Positions 16,244 to 27,100 of a DNA stretch of 38,087 nt are shown here, piece by piece. The DNA is taken from positions 1 through 38,087 of IMG/VR virus record IMGVR_UViG_3300048998_000027. One strand, written 5' to 3'. Source of the DNA: a virus. Taxonomy: Duplodnaviria; Caudoviricetes. The notes under the pieces were generated by a model. It made no database searches, was not told the DNA's origin, and saw only the letters and a program-made list of their open reading frames with translations. The translations under genes and the position numbers were made by a program. The number at the start of each line of letters is the position of its first letter. The first letter of the stretch is position 1.

Positions 16244-17254
16244 ATGGCAGTATTGAGCACAGGCGCGTTAACGCTCGCCGATTGGGCAAAACGACTAGAC
16301 CCGGACGGCAAAGTACCCATTGTCGCGGAACTCTTGTCTCAGTCTAATGAAATTTTAGAAGATGCGTTGTTCGTGGAAGGCAACCTTCCTACCGGCCACC
16401 GCGTTACGATCCGCACCGGTTTACCGGCTGTGTACTGGCGTTCGTTGAACCAGGGCGTGCCATCCAGCAAATCCACTACCGCACAGGTAGATGAATCTTG
16501 CGGCATGTTGGAAGCGTACAGCCGTATCGACGTGGACCTGGCTTTATTGAACGGTAACACCGCTGAGTTCCGCATGTCAGAAGACATGGCGTTCCTTGAA
16601 GCGATGAACCAAACCCAAGCGCAGACAATGTTCTACGGTAACCCGCAAACAGATCCACGTCAGTACCTTGGCCTGGCTACACGTTACGGTGCTATCTCCG
16701 GTGCGAACAACGCACAGAACATTCTCAACGCTACCGGTACCGCAGGCGCAACCAACACCAGTATTTGGTTGGTGGGTTGGGGCGCTAACACCGTATTCTG
16801 TCCGTTCCCTAAAGGTTCGAAAGCAGGCTTGATTCAAAACGCATTGTCAGAACCTTTTACCGTGAACGACGCGAACGGTAACCCTTACCAAGTATTCCAA
16901 ACGCACTACCAATGGAAGAACGGCCTGGTGGTTAAAGACTGGCGTTTCGTTGTGCGCATCGCAAACGTATCAATCACAGCGTTGACCACCAATAGTTCAC
17001 CGCCAGATTTGATTTCGTTAATGTCACGCGCGCTTGACCGTATCCCCAACCTTACCGCGTGTAAGCCAGTGTTCTACATGAACCGCACTATTTATTCTTT
17101 CTTGCGTTTGCAAGCATTGAATAAATCAAATGCTGCGGTGACGGTAGAAAAAGGCTTGAACCAGTTCGGCACGCCAGCTTCTTGGTTGAGCTTCGAAGGT
17201 GTTCCACTTCGCCGCGTAGACCAGTTGCTTAACACTGAAACGCAAATCGCCTAA
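16244..17254 (+). CDS. major capsid protein (BPP-1 Bbp17-like)
   Basis: LTLADWAKRLDPDG...ELLSQSNEIL...RTGLP..WR.LNQGV...GL.VKDWR.VVRIAN...F.GVPLRRVDQLLNTE. Confidence 0.93.
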   Translation: MAVLSTGALTLADWAKRLDPDGKVPIVAELLSQSNEILEDALFVEGNLPTGHRVTIRTGLPAVYWRSLNQGVPSSKSTTAQVDESCGMLEAYSRIDVDLALLNGNTAEFRMSEDMAFLEAMNQTQAQTMFYGNPQTDPRQYLGLATRYGAISGANNAQNILNATGTAGATNTSIWLVGWGANTVFCPFPKGSKAGLIQNALSEPFTVNDANGNPYQVFQTHYQWKNGLVVKDWRFVVRIANVSITALTTNSSPPDLISLMSRALDRIPNLTACKPVFYMNRTIYSFLRLQALNKSNAAVTVEKGLNQFGTPASWLSFEGVPLRRVDQLLNTETQIA

Positions 17255-17265
17255 TAGGTACGGTT

Positions 17266-17376
17266 ATGGGTTCTCAATTTGTAGTTTGGTCAGAACCCTG
17301 GCCGGTGGTTCAAAGCGCGGCGGGCTGGAATGCCTACCTCGCGGTGATCCCCGCCAGCGGTCAACGCATTAACTAA
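17266..17376 (+). CDS. unannotated 36-aa microprotein between capsid and cement genes
   Basis: Manual translation MGSQFVVWSEPWPVVQSAAGWNAYLAVIPASGQRIN; fills the gap; its stop overlaps the next gene's AAGGA SD. Confidence 0.5.
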   Translation: MGSQFVVWSEPWPVVQSAAGWNAYLAVIPASGQRIN

Positions 17377-17388
17377 GGAATCATTATT

Positions 17389-17886
17389 ATGATTGATGAC
17401 GCACTTTTACGCTTTTCCGGTTCGGTAAACCCTACCGCCGGACAGTTGATTACGGCTACCGGTAACACGGTATCTACCAACGTTTTAGACACCGCAGGTG
17501 TGGGCGTGGGTAACACCGCGCGTGATATCGGCCAAGGCGAACCATTAGAGATAATGATCGAGATACTTCAATCGCTTACATCGGCGGGCGCTGCTACTGT
17601 GCAGTTCCAACTGGTCGAGGCGGATGACGCGGCCATCTCAACCAACGTGAACGTTATCGTGCAAACCGATGCGTACGCGTACACGCTATTAACCGCCGGT
17701 AAAATGATCCCGTTGCATTGGGATCGTGCAGCACCTTACCAGGCTCGCCGCTTTATTGCAGTGCGCTTTGTAATTGGTACCGCGGTACTAACCAATGCTA
17801 CCGGTCAATTCTTCGCCGAAGTGGTTAAGAGCTTGCAGGATTTGGGTAACAACACGTTGTTTAACAGCGGTTTTGTTGTTGCTTAA
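17389..17886 (+). CDS. capsid cement/decoration protein (Bbp16-like)
   Basis: MIDDALLRFS...STNVLD...RDIGQGEPL...ATVQFQL...RRFIAVRF; position after the capsid gene. Confidence 0.8.
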   Translation: MIDDALLRFSGSVNPTAGQLITATGNTVSTNVLDTAGVGVGNTARDIGQGEPLEIMIEILQSLTSAGAATVQFQLVEADDAAISTNVNVIVQTDAYAYTLLTAGKMIPLHWDRAAPYQARRFIAVRFVIGTAVLTNATGQFFAEVVKSLQDLGNNTLFNSGFVVA

Positions 17887-17899
17887 CAGTTAGGGCTTT

Positions 17900-17923
17900 G
17901 CCCGTCTTCGGACGGGCCTTTTT
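17900..17923 (+). terminator. rho-independent terminator
   Basis: GCCCGTC-TTCG-GACGGGC followed by CTTTTT. Confidence 0.85.
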
Positions 17924-17938
17924 CACGAGAGCAATATC

Positions 17939-18304
17939 ATGTCAGAAGAAATTAAACCGATTCGTGTACGGGCCTTAACCCAGCTTTACCATAATAGCCG
18001 TATGTATAAGCCCGGCGATGAATTCGATTATGTAGGTAAATTGACAGGCCATCCCGCCGAGGGCATGGAAGAAATTACCGACGACAGTACCCAAGCGTTT
18101 GAAGCAGCACGCCAAGCGCAGATTAAGCAAGCCGACGCTAAAGCGAAAAGTCTACGCGCACATCACGCAAAACTGGTTAAGCAAGCACAGGACAAACCAG
18201 GGCAAGTTGCGCTGGCTCAAAAGGTCATTGAAGCGGACGCCGCTGCGGAAGAAGCAGAACGTGCGGCCGAAGATTTGAAAGGCGAACACAACGATTTAGT
18301 GTAA
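17939..18304 (+). CDS. hypothetical virion-module protein (121 aa)
   Basis: VRAL...YKPGDEF small N-terminal domain plus Ala/Gln/Glu coiled coil. Confidence 0.75.
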   Translation: MSEEIKPIRVRALTQLYHNSRMYKPGDEFDYVGKLTGHPAEGMEEITDDSTQAFEAARQAQIKQADAKAKSLRAHHAKLVKQAQDKPGQVALAQKVIEADAAAEEAERAAEDLKGEHNDLV

Positions 18305-18326
18305 TCCGCTTTTGCAAATGCGTACT

Positions 18327-18355
18327 AAAAAGGCGGGGACTATCCTCGCCTTTTT
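18327..18355 (+). terminator. rho-independent terminator, possibly bidirectional
   Basis: AAAAAGGCGGGG-loop-CCTCGCCTTTTT. Confidence 0.75.
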
Positions 18356-18373
18356 CACATAGAGGGTTTGACT

Positions 18374-19060
18374 ATGTCCAGTGACGTAGATATCGCTAAC
18401 ACCGCTTTATCCTACCTAGGCGACACCGCTACGGTGGTGTCCATGTACCCGCCAAGCGGTAGCGTACAGGCGGCGAATTGCGCACGGTTTTACCCCATGG
18501 CGCGCGATTCTATCCTTGCAGAGCACGATTGGGATTTTGCCACTAAACGTGTCGCGCTTTCGCTGTTAACCCAAACACCCCCATCCACCTGGCTGTTCGC
18601 CTATGCCATACCTAACGATGCAATCGACATTATCGCCATTCTGGACCCGTCTGCCCTTAACGATACGGTTACCGGGGTCGCGGGTTTCTCGAACGGGGGT
18701 TACGGTTCGGACACCTCAAGCTTCGGGGGTGTGGGTTACTACACCCCGCAGCGCTTCGTTTCCGAACTTGGCACGGACGGTAGTCTCGTTATCTATACTA
18801 ACCAGGCCAACGCCGTACTGCGCTACAAGGTGCGCGTGACAGACCCTACTAAATTCAGCCCCATCTTCACCGAGGCTTTATCGTGTTTGCTGGCCGCTAA
18901 GCTGGCAGGCCCTATCATTAAGGGTAAAGAAGGCCGGGCCGCTACCCTCGCGTGGATGCAGCAATATATGTACTGGTTAGGTAAGGCGAAAGAATTGGAC
19001 GCGAACGGCAAAATGGATCACCCGCAAGGGCAAACTAGCTGGATACAGGGGCGTCGCTAA
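18374..19060 (+). CDS. tail tubular protein A / adaptor
   Basis: SDVDIANTALSYLG...RDSILAEHDWDFATKRV.L...AYAIP.D...F.EAL...LAAKLA; ATG 18374 preferred over TTG 18368. Confidence 0.85.
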   Translation: MSSDVDIANTALSYLGDTATVVSMYPPSGSVQAANCARFYPMARDSILAEHDWDFATKRVALSLLTQTPPSTWLFAYAIPNDAIDIIAILDPSALNDTVTGVAGFSNGGYGSDTSSFGGVGYYTPQRFVSELGTDGSLVIYTNQANAVLRYKVRVTDPTKFSPIFTEALSCLLAAKLAGPIIKGKEGRAATLAWMQQYMYWLGKAKELDANGKMDHPQGQTSWIQGRR

Positions 19061-21360
19061 TGGGTACGGTTACTTTCGACCATTCGTTCGCCGGGGGTGA
19101 ACTAACCCCCGAGATGTACGGCAGGGTAGACCTTGCCAAAAATCAAAGCGGGCTAGCGTTATGCCGCAACTGTTTAACGCTACCTCACGGGCCCGTAATA
19201 AACCGGGCGGGCACAGAATACGTAAACCAGGTAAAAACAGGCAACGCCATTCGCTTGATCCCTTTCACATATTCCATTGACCAGACAATGGTCATCGAAG
19301 TAGGAGCCGGATATTTTCGCTTTCACACGCAGGCAGCGACGCTACTTAATGCGGGCGTGCCGTATGAAATTACCAACACTTACGCGCAAGCGGATCTTAT
19401 GGATATTCATTATGTCCAGTCTGCAGACGTACTTACTATGGTACATCCTAAGTATCCTATCGCAGAATTACGTCGGTTAGGTGCGGTAACCTGGACGTTT
19501 ACAAATCCAGTGTTTGCCATACCCACCTACTGTCCGACAGCAGTATCCGCTGTCGCTACGGCACCCACCGTAGGGAACCCTATCGGGCATCGGTACGCCG
19601 TGACCACTGTAAACACGGGGGATTTCCAAGAGTCTATCGCTTCGAATATTTCCACGTCGATAAACAACGATCTCACGCTTACGGGCAACTACAACACGAT
19701 AAGCTGGACGCTACCGGTAGGGGCTAGCGCGATCCGTTTCAACGTCTACAAATTGATGAATGGATTGCTAGCCTATATTGGACAAGCCGCGCCTACCGCT
19801 ACCAGTTTCATAGACGACAACATCACGCCCGATGTGGGTACCACGCCCCCCAATATGGACACTGGTTTTAACGACGCACCGGGCAACTACCCCGGCGCGG
19901 TTTCGTATTTCCAGCAACGTCGGGTATTCGCGGGCTCAACAAACAACCCGCAAAACGTGTGGATGACGATGAGCGGTACCGAGTCCAACCTCACGTACAC
20001 CATTCCTGTAACGGCGCAAAACCGGGTAGCGTTCCGTATTGCCGCGCGCGAAGCCTCCGGTATTCGTCACCTGGTTCCAGTGGCAAACTTACTGTTACTT
20101 ACCGCCTCGTGCGAGTGGCGCTTGGGTTCCACGGACGGCAGTGCGGTATGGGCCGCAAATCTTGATGTGAAACCGCAATCATACATCGGCGCGAATAACG
20201 TAACGCCAGCCGTGATTGGCAACTCTGTGCTGTTCAGTCAGGCACGCGGGGGGCGCATTCGCGAGATGTCATACGATTGGAACGCGCAATCCTACCAGGC
20301 TCAGGATATTAGCATTCTTGCACCTCACCTATTCGACTACCAACAGATTACCGACATGGCGTTCACCCGCGCGCCCTACCCTGTGTTGTGGGCTGCGTCC
20401 AGTAACGGCACTTTACTAGGCATGACGTACGTACCGGAACAACAAGTCGCTGCGTGGCACCATCATGACTTCGGCGGTTTCGTTGAAACTATTTGCGCGA
20501 TAACAGAAACCCCCGCCGGAACCTTGGCGCCGGAGGACATGCTATACGTGGTTGTGCGTCGGCTTATTGGCGGTGTTACTAAACGTTACATAGAGAGAGT
20601 GCACACCCGGCAATTTTTGGTAGCAAGCGATGCATTTTTCGTGGACAGCGGAGCTACTAATTTCCTACCCGGAACCTACGTGCGGGCGGCATCTACGCTT
20701 ACGCTAAGCGTACTGCGCCACGGTAAAGCTCCCGGCGACGTTGCATATTTTTCGTTTAGCAACACTGCGCTGAACGGTACGTACACCGTAATCACTACCC
20801 CCGATACCAACACGCTCACCTTAACCGCCGTCGTAGTGGGGCAGGAAATTGGCTCCGTAGCGGTAACCCCTACGCAGTTCGTGTCCACAGTAACCGGCTT
20901 GACCTGGTTGATCGGCCAAACGGTTAACATCCTGGCGGACGGAGCTCCTGTACCGCCTCAAGTAGTTAGCAACACGGGCACGATAACGTTGCCCTACCCC
21001 GCGACTAAAGTAGTGGTAGGTTTACCCATCGTGGCGCAGGTTAAAACGCTGCCGGTAGCCTTACCTTCACGTGACGGCAGTGCGGGTCAATCACTGGAAA
21101 AGAACATCAATGAGATATGGCTGCGGGTATTTAACACCGGCGGTATCTATGTGGGCCCCGATTTCAGCGATGTTAACCTTACCTACTTCACGGAGCGCGC
21201 TAATACGGATCTACCGGGGTTTGCTCCCGCGTTGTTTAGCGGTGTAAAACCTTTGAAGATAACCGCCGCATGGCAGTACGATGGCTCGGTGTGCATTCAG
21301 CAAACGGACCCGTTACCCATGACAATATCCTCGATTGCGCTAGACATCACCACAGAGTAG
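19060..21360 (+). CDS. tail tubular protein B / nozzle
   Basis: SFAGGELTPEMYGRVD...G...RAGT; YPGAVSYFQQRRVF; QQVAAWHHHD; P.PMTI C-terminus. Confidence 0.9.
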   Translation: MGTVTFDHSFAGGELTPEMYGRVDLAKNQSGLALCRNCLTLPHGPVINRAGTEYVNQVKTGNAIRLIPFTYSIDQTMVIEVGAGYFRFHTQAATLLNAGVPYEITNTYAQADLMDIHYVQSADVLTMVHPKYPIAELRRLGAVTWTFTNPVFAIPTYCPTAVSAVATAPTVGNPIGHRYAVTTVNTGDFQESIASNISTSINNDLTLTGNYNTISWTLPVGASAIRFNVYKLMNGLLAYIGQAAPTATSFIDDNITPDVGTTPPNMDTGFNDAPGNYPGAVSYFQQRRVFAGSTNNPQNVWMTMSGTESNLTYTIPVTAQNRVAFRIAAREASGIRHLVPVANLLLLTASCEWRLGSTDGSAVWAANLDVKPQSYIGANNVTPAVIGNSVLFSQARGGRIREMSYDWNAQSYQAQDISILAPHLFDYQQITDMAFTRAPYPVLWAASSNGTLLGMTYVPEQQVAAWHHHDFGGFVETICAITETPAGTLAPEDMLYVVVRRLIGGVTKRYIERVHTRQFLVASDAFFVDSGATNFLPGTYVRAASTLTLSVLRHGKAPGDVAYFSFSNTALNGTYTVITTPDTNTLTLTAVVVGQEIGSVAVTPTQFVSTVTGLTWLIGQTVNILADGAPVPPQVVSNTGTITLPYPATKVVVGLPIVAQVKTLPVALPSRDGSAGQSLEKNINEIWLRVFNTGGIYVGPDFSDVNLTYFTERANTDLPGFAPALFSGVKPLKITAAWQYDGSVCIQQTDPLPMTISSIALDITTE

Positions 21361-21392
21361 GTATACAACCACGCCGTGCGAATCCCGATACT
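21360..21392 (+). promoter_or_regulatory. late promoter motif copy 4 (ejection proteins)
   Basis: GGTATACA-19 nt-GATACT. Confidence 0.65.
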
Positions 21393-21425
21393 CTTAGCGT
21401 ATTTACGTTAGCTTATGGGGTTCGT

Positions 21426-21971
21426 ATGGCGGTTTCAGGTGTTATAGCAGTTGTAGGGGCGGGGGCGAGCGCGCTCAGTTCTTACAATAAAGCTAATACT
21501 GAGAAAAAGAACCTTAACTACCAAGCGCAGGTAGAGGCTAACAACGCCATCATTGCACAAGATCAAGCGACGGTTACCGAGCTTGACGGCCAGCAACAAG
21601 TCTTCCAGCACGATCTGCAAACGTCCGCATTATATGGAACGGAACGCGCTAATTTAGCGGCCAGTGGCGTAGATCTCGGCCAAGGTTCCGCAAACGACAT
21701 CCTCGCGTCAACCAAACTCATTTCTAAAATAGACGCTAACACTATCCAGGATAACGCCTTGCGCGCTGCGTGGGGTTTCAAAGTGCAACGCGATAACGCT
21801 ACTGAAAACGCAAGCCACTTACGAGAAAATTCAAACGCTATCAGCCCCGGTAACGCGGCGTTTTCATCCTTGCTTGGCAGTGCAGTGCAGGCCAACAGTT
21901 CATGGAACAGCTACGCAAGCTCAACCGGCGGCACCACGTCGGGCCAATGGATGAAAAGCCTTTTCGCTTAA
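21426..21971 (+). CDS. internal virion/ejection protein (T7 gp14-like)
   Basis: Track ORF 21270..21971; start moved to ATG 21426 (GGGG SD); small-residue hydrophobic N-terminus; RANLAASGVDL..GS. Confidence 0.8.
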   Translation: MAVSGVIAVVGAGASALSSYNKANTEKKNLNYQAQVEANNAIIAQDQATVTELDGQQQVFQHDLQTSALYGTERANLAASGVDLGQGSANDILASTKLISKIDANTIQDNALRAAWGFKVQRDNATENASHLRENSNAISPGNAAFSSLLGSAVQANSSWNSYASSTGGTTSGQWMKSLFA

Positions 21972-21981
21972 CAGGTAACAT

Positions 21982-24108
21982 ATGACTACTCCCGTACTGC
22001 AAACGACCCAGGTACAAGCCTCAGGATTGCCGGGGGTACGAACCAACGGCGTGAACCTCACCAACCCGAACGCAGACATACTCGCCGATGTCGGTAGATC
22101 CGTGTCTAATCTTGGCGCCCAAACAGCAGAATACGCCACGCGCGAAGCCATGATGGCTAACCAGGTTCGGGTGGACGCCGCCCTCAACCAGGTACGTGCC
22201 GCGCAACAACACCTTACGTACGATCCCGAAGCTGGTTACCTAGCCAAGAAGGGCGCTGCAGCTATCGAGCCCAACGACGAGGGCATGCGTCTTGACGATT
22301 CCTACACTAACAAATTACAAACCGTTATCAATGAAGCGTCCAGCACATTGGCTAACGACCACCAACGCCAAGTGTTTGCCCAAAACGCGCAAGCGCTATC
22401 TACCGCGTTCGGCGGGCAGTTGCAATCCCACGTATTGCAAGAATCCAAAACCTTTGGGCTTGAAACCCAGCAAGGCACCATTTCGCTATCGCGTCAGACT
22501 GCGATGCAATCGTGGAACGACGACCTGAAAGTCAACGCGCAGATTGAAAGCGCGAAGGCGGCCGTGTGGAAAGCGGGCCAGATATCCGGAGAGCCTGCGA
22601 ACTTAACCCAAGCCAAGATGAATGACGTATCCGCGCAGATCCATGCCGACGTTATTAAAACCGCACTGGACAGCGACAATCCTATGTACGCTATGGCTTA
22701 CCTCAATAAATACAAAGACGAGTTGGGGGGTCAATTGCTCGGCGTGTACGGTCAAGTGAATCGCCAAGTGCAAGCGCGCGCGGCGGCGGGCGCATCTCAA
22801 CTGGCCGGGGCGCAAATGCGTTCACAGTTAAACCCTTCCGATTTTGACCGCATGGTCAACATCACTAAAATGACTGAAAGCAGTGGTAACCCGAACGCGA
22901 TAGGCCCTTACATCGAAGGCCAAGGCAGCGCCAAAGGTTCAATGCAGGTTATGCCGGCCACTGGAATAGACCCGGGATACGGCGTCAAACCGGCGCAGAA
23001 CGACAGCCCCGAAGAACTCGCGCGCGTAGGTGCGGATTATCTCGACGCCATGGTCAAGAAGTACGGCGATCCGCGTAAAGCGTGGGCGGCGTACAATGCA
23101 GGTCCTTCGAAAGTGGACGCCGCGATTAAAGAAGGCGGGATGGCCTGGTTATCAAAGCTGCCAACGGAAACACAGGATTACGTGCAAAAGAATTCCGATG
23201 CGTTTAATTCAGGTGGCGGGCGCCCGTCTATTCCTTCACAACGGGATTTCGATGAAAAAGCCGTCGCAGCATTAGGCCCCAACCCCGACCCGGAACTGGT
23301 GACGCTCACGCTCAACGAGACGAAACGCCAATACGCCGAGACAATGAACCAGCGCAAAGTGGACGGCGAGAACGCGGTACAGGATGCGCAGAAATGGTTA
23401 ATCCAAAACGGTGGCGATTTCGCCGCTATGCCTTCGGATTTGAAGAACACTATCACCGCGAACGCCCCCGACAAGTACGAGGACGTACAGACGTTTGCTA
23501 AACACTTAGCCAACCCGCCGCAAGCCGACAACATGGTCGCGTACCACATGGCCATCGCGCACCCCGAAGAACTCGCGCAAATGCCCGACTCTACATTCCA
23601 GCGTTTCGTCATGGCTAACTTCAACGAAGCCACACAAAAGCAACTGGCCGGTGTGCGAGAAGATTACCTATCGGGTAAAACCAATCAGGGTGCAGAATCG
23701 CTCAACACGAAAGCGCTTAACGACACGCTTAATAACCGACTGGTTTCATTGGGAATAGATCCCAAGCCCAAGCACGATGACGATAAGCAGCAAGTAGGTT
23801 CGGTGCAAAAATTCTTAACCGACGCTATCTACAAAGAGCAGCAGCAACTAGGCCGTAAGCTATCGCCGGAGGAAGTTACCAAATTTGTAGACGGCACCTT
23901 CGCCAAAAATTTGGAGTTCCGTAACACCTTCCTTGGCATGAATGTGGGGGGCGCGAAACAAATGCCACTTATGGCGATGACTATCAGCGACATCCCAAGC
24001 GAACAGTTAGACCTTGTAAAACAATCCCTGGCGAACAAGGGGGTTTCCGAACCCACTAACGACCAGATACTTCGCACTTACTGGAATGGAAAATTAAATG
24101 CCCGATAA
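21982..24108 (+). CDS. internal virion protein with lytic transglycosylase (SLT) domain
   Basis: TESSGNPNA (catalytic Glu), AKGSMQVMPAT, AAYNAG, ETQDYV at about 22850-23190. Confidence 0.88.
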   Translation: MTTPVLQTTQVQASGLPGVRTNGVNLTNPNADILADVGRSVSNLGAQTAEYATREAMMANQVRVDAALNQVRAAQQHLTYDPEAGYLAKKGAAAIEPNDEGMRLDDSYTNKLQTVINEASSTLANDHQRQVFAQNAQALSTAFGGQLQSHVLQESKTFGLETQQGTISLSRQTAMQSWNDDLKVNAQIESAKAAVWKAGQISGEPANLTQAKMNDVSAQIHADVIKTALDSDNPMYAMAYLNKYKDELGGQLLGVYGQVNRQVQARAAAGASQLAGAQMRSQLNPSDFDRMVNITKMTESSGNPNAIGPYIEGQGSAKGSMQVMPATGIDPGYGVKPAQNDSPEELARVGADYLDAMVKKYGDPRKAWAAYNAGPSKVDAAIKEGGMAWLSKLPTETQDYVQKNSDAFNSGGGRPSIPSQRDFDEKAVAALGPNPDPELVTLTLNETKRQYAETMNQRKVDGENAVQDAQKWLIQNGGDFAAMPSDLKNTITANAPDKYEDVQTFAKHLANPPQADNMVAYHMAIAHPEELAQMPDSTFQRFVMANFNEATQKQLAGVREDYLSGKTNQGAESLNTKALNDTLNNRLVSLGIDPKPKHDDDKQQVGSVQKFLTDAIYKEQQQLGRKLSPEEVTKFVDGTFAKNLEFRNTFLGMNVGGAKQMPLMAMTISDIPSEQLDLVKQSLANKGVSEPTNDQILRTYWNGKLNAR

Positions 24109-27100
24109 CATTAACCCGTTTGATAGCGCGGCTGCGCAAGTAGTCGGCGATCAAACCAGTGCCATACGCCAAAACATTTCCCAAAACGTAGGGCAGAACG
24201 CAGACACCGCAGCGCAATACCAGCACTTGGCGAAGTTCGTTAACGTACCTGTGGAAACGGTGTACGCGGAACCCGAGGCGATTAAGCAACAAGCGGCCGT
24301 GCAGAAGCTCGACGCTCCGAAAATGGTGAATGAGTACCCGCACCTTGCCCAGTTCATCAGCGAACCTAACAACGCCGCTAAAGCCCATGACGATGTGCAA
24401 CCTTTGGCCGCTACTGAGCAAGCCGTTAAGGCGCTACCCGTTGCGCATCCTGCCAGCCAGCCTGATTCCGACACGTCAGGCTGGTTATCGAAAAACATAC
24501 ACGCGTTACCCGACACGCCCATGGCACTTATGAAGGGTTTCGCGGGATCGTTTAACGATGCCATGAAAGCAATAAACCTTGTCGCGGGTGCCTTCCCTAC
24601 TTTCTACGACCAAGCGGCGGAGGAAATAACAGGGCAACGCCATACCGAAGCATCCGACTGGTGGTTCCGCCATTCCATGGATCCGCTCGTCGCCAACGAA
24701 CCCGCGTTTGCCCTCGATCCCAAAGCCACTACCGTCGAGAAAACGCTTCATGGTATAGGCGGTTTGATCGGTACTATCTCGCAAATTATTTCCACCGGCG
24801 GCGTGGGTGAAGTCGCGCCCGCAGCGGGCGTTACAATGGACGCCGTACCTGCGGTAGCCACTACCTTACGCGCAGGCACCGAACAAGCTACCAAAACCAT
24901 GGCGTTACCGGCGGTAACAAATGCCGTCAATTCCGCGCAACAAGTCTACGACCAAACGGGAGACGCTAACGCCGCTATAAAATCCGCGTTGTCCTCCTAC
25001 GCCACTACTACCGCTACAGGCGTGTTGCCTGTTTCCTTGGAAGGTAACTTGCTTACCCGTGCGCTTTCAGGTTTACCGGCCGGCGTATTGACGGGGGAGG
25101 CCAACCGCGAAGTAACTAACGCAACGAACCCAGGCACGATGCAAACGCCGTTCAACGTAGACGACATGATCGTCAACGCGTTGACAGGATCCATTCTTGC
25201 CGGGGCTATGGGGCACAAAGGGCGCCCCCAATACGAGCGCGTAATGCGCGAGCAATATCAGGAAGGCAAGCAAGCCATGGACGCCGTGCAAGCAGGGGAA
25301 GGCCTGCAAGCCCTCAGCGAAGTAGCAACGCAATCCAAGTTACGTGAGCGCGATCCGCAAGCGTTTAACGATTATGTACACAACATGACGGCGGATGGGC
25401 ACACACCCGAACTGTACGTCGACGCTAAAATTTTAAGCGAGACCTTTAAGCAATCCGGGATTACGGCGGATAAATTGGCGGAGCAAATGCCTGACGTTGT
25501 ACGCCAAATGCAAGAGGCCTTGACCACAGGCACCGATGTAAGGATCACGACATCGGATTACGCAACGCACATCGCGGGCGGGCCTGTTGACGACATCCTG
25601 CGCCAGCACCTTAAAGTTGACCCGAACGGGAAAACGATTGCGGAAGCCGAAGAATATTTGAAAGGGATGCAGAAGCATACCGAAGAACTAACCAGTGCAC
25701 TGGCCGAATCGCAACCCGTAGACGATGCGCGAAACACGCAATTGAAAGCAATACACGACGAGCATTTTGCCGAACTGGAAACGGCGGGTCGGTTTCCTTC
25801 AGACGTCAACAAGCAATATGCCACGTTGCGCACCGCGTTAATCGACCGCTTGGCCGAACGCGAAGGGCTGGACGTTACCGACGTACACAAGATGTTACCG
25901 CTAAAGGTAACGGGCGAAGTGCAAACTCGTAACAAAGATTCCCTTGACCAAAAAAGTCTAGCGGAATGGGATGCGTTTTTGCACGGGTTGGACTACTCTG
26001 AAAAAGAAGCCCCCAAACCTGGTAAAAATGATGAGAGTGAATTCCTATCCAATGTCGATGCGGGAACCCGTCACACCGACGAATCCCCACTTCTTAAAAG
26101 AATACGCAAGTCGTCCGATGCAGCAGCCGATGAGCTTGGCGGATCGGCAGAAGCGGGACGAGTTGTTAAAAAGAGCTTGGGACCTTTCAGCGGATACCGC
26201 ACCAGCGCCGACATAATTGAAGGCGATAGCATCCACCCCGACGGGCGTTTGGAAGTCCACGTTTACGGTAAAGAGCAAGACGCTAAAGGCGGCGATGCAA
26301 CCAGTGAGCCCGCGTTAACCTTCACCGTTTCCAAAGACGGCGAGCTAACGGTCAACGGCCCCACCTCGGCGGCCTTCAAAGAATTTGTAAAACAAGGCTG
26401 GGCGGATACCGCCAAAGGTAAAGGCGGCGAGTTGCAAGACGGCTGGACGGCACTCAAAACCAAAGACGGCAAACCCCTTTCGTTAACCGAACTTGCACCG
26501 CTTATCGCGGACGTCCATGCGCGTGTGCGTACCTGGCGTGGCGAAGATAAAGTCGGTTTGCATTGGTCGCGCTCTACCGGTGCGACTGGCGATATTTCAG
26601 AGGGCCGTAAGACGGCGGTGTTTTTCCAAGAAATGTTGCAAGGCGAACGCGGTTTCTTCAACACCAAAACAAACACCATGGGTTTGCTTAAAGACGCAGA
26701 CCTATCTACCTACCTGCATGAAACCGGCCACTACTGGCTGGAAAGCATGAACAATTTTGTGCAACGCACAGAAGCTACTCCCGGTTTGAAAAAGGATTTC
26801 GACGAGTTGCTGAACTGGTTCAAGGTTGAAGGCGACTCACCCGAAGCGCGTTTGGAAAATTGGAACAAGCGTACCACCAACGAGAAACGCGAAAGCCACG
26901 AGAAATTTGCAGAAGGGTTCGAGCGCTACCTCATGGAAGGCAAAGCGCCCACCGCCGAGTTGCAAAGTTTATTCAGTCGCTTCCGCGCATGGCTGGTTCG
27001 GGTGTATGAAGGCGTTCAGGCGCCGGGCGAAATATTCTCTCCTGAGATAAAAGCGGTGTTCGACCGTATGCTGGCCAGCGACCACGCTATTGCCGAAGCC

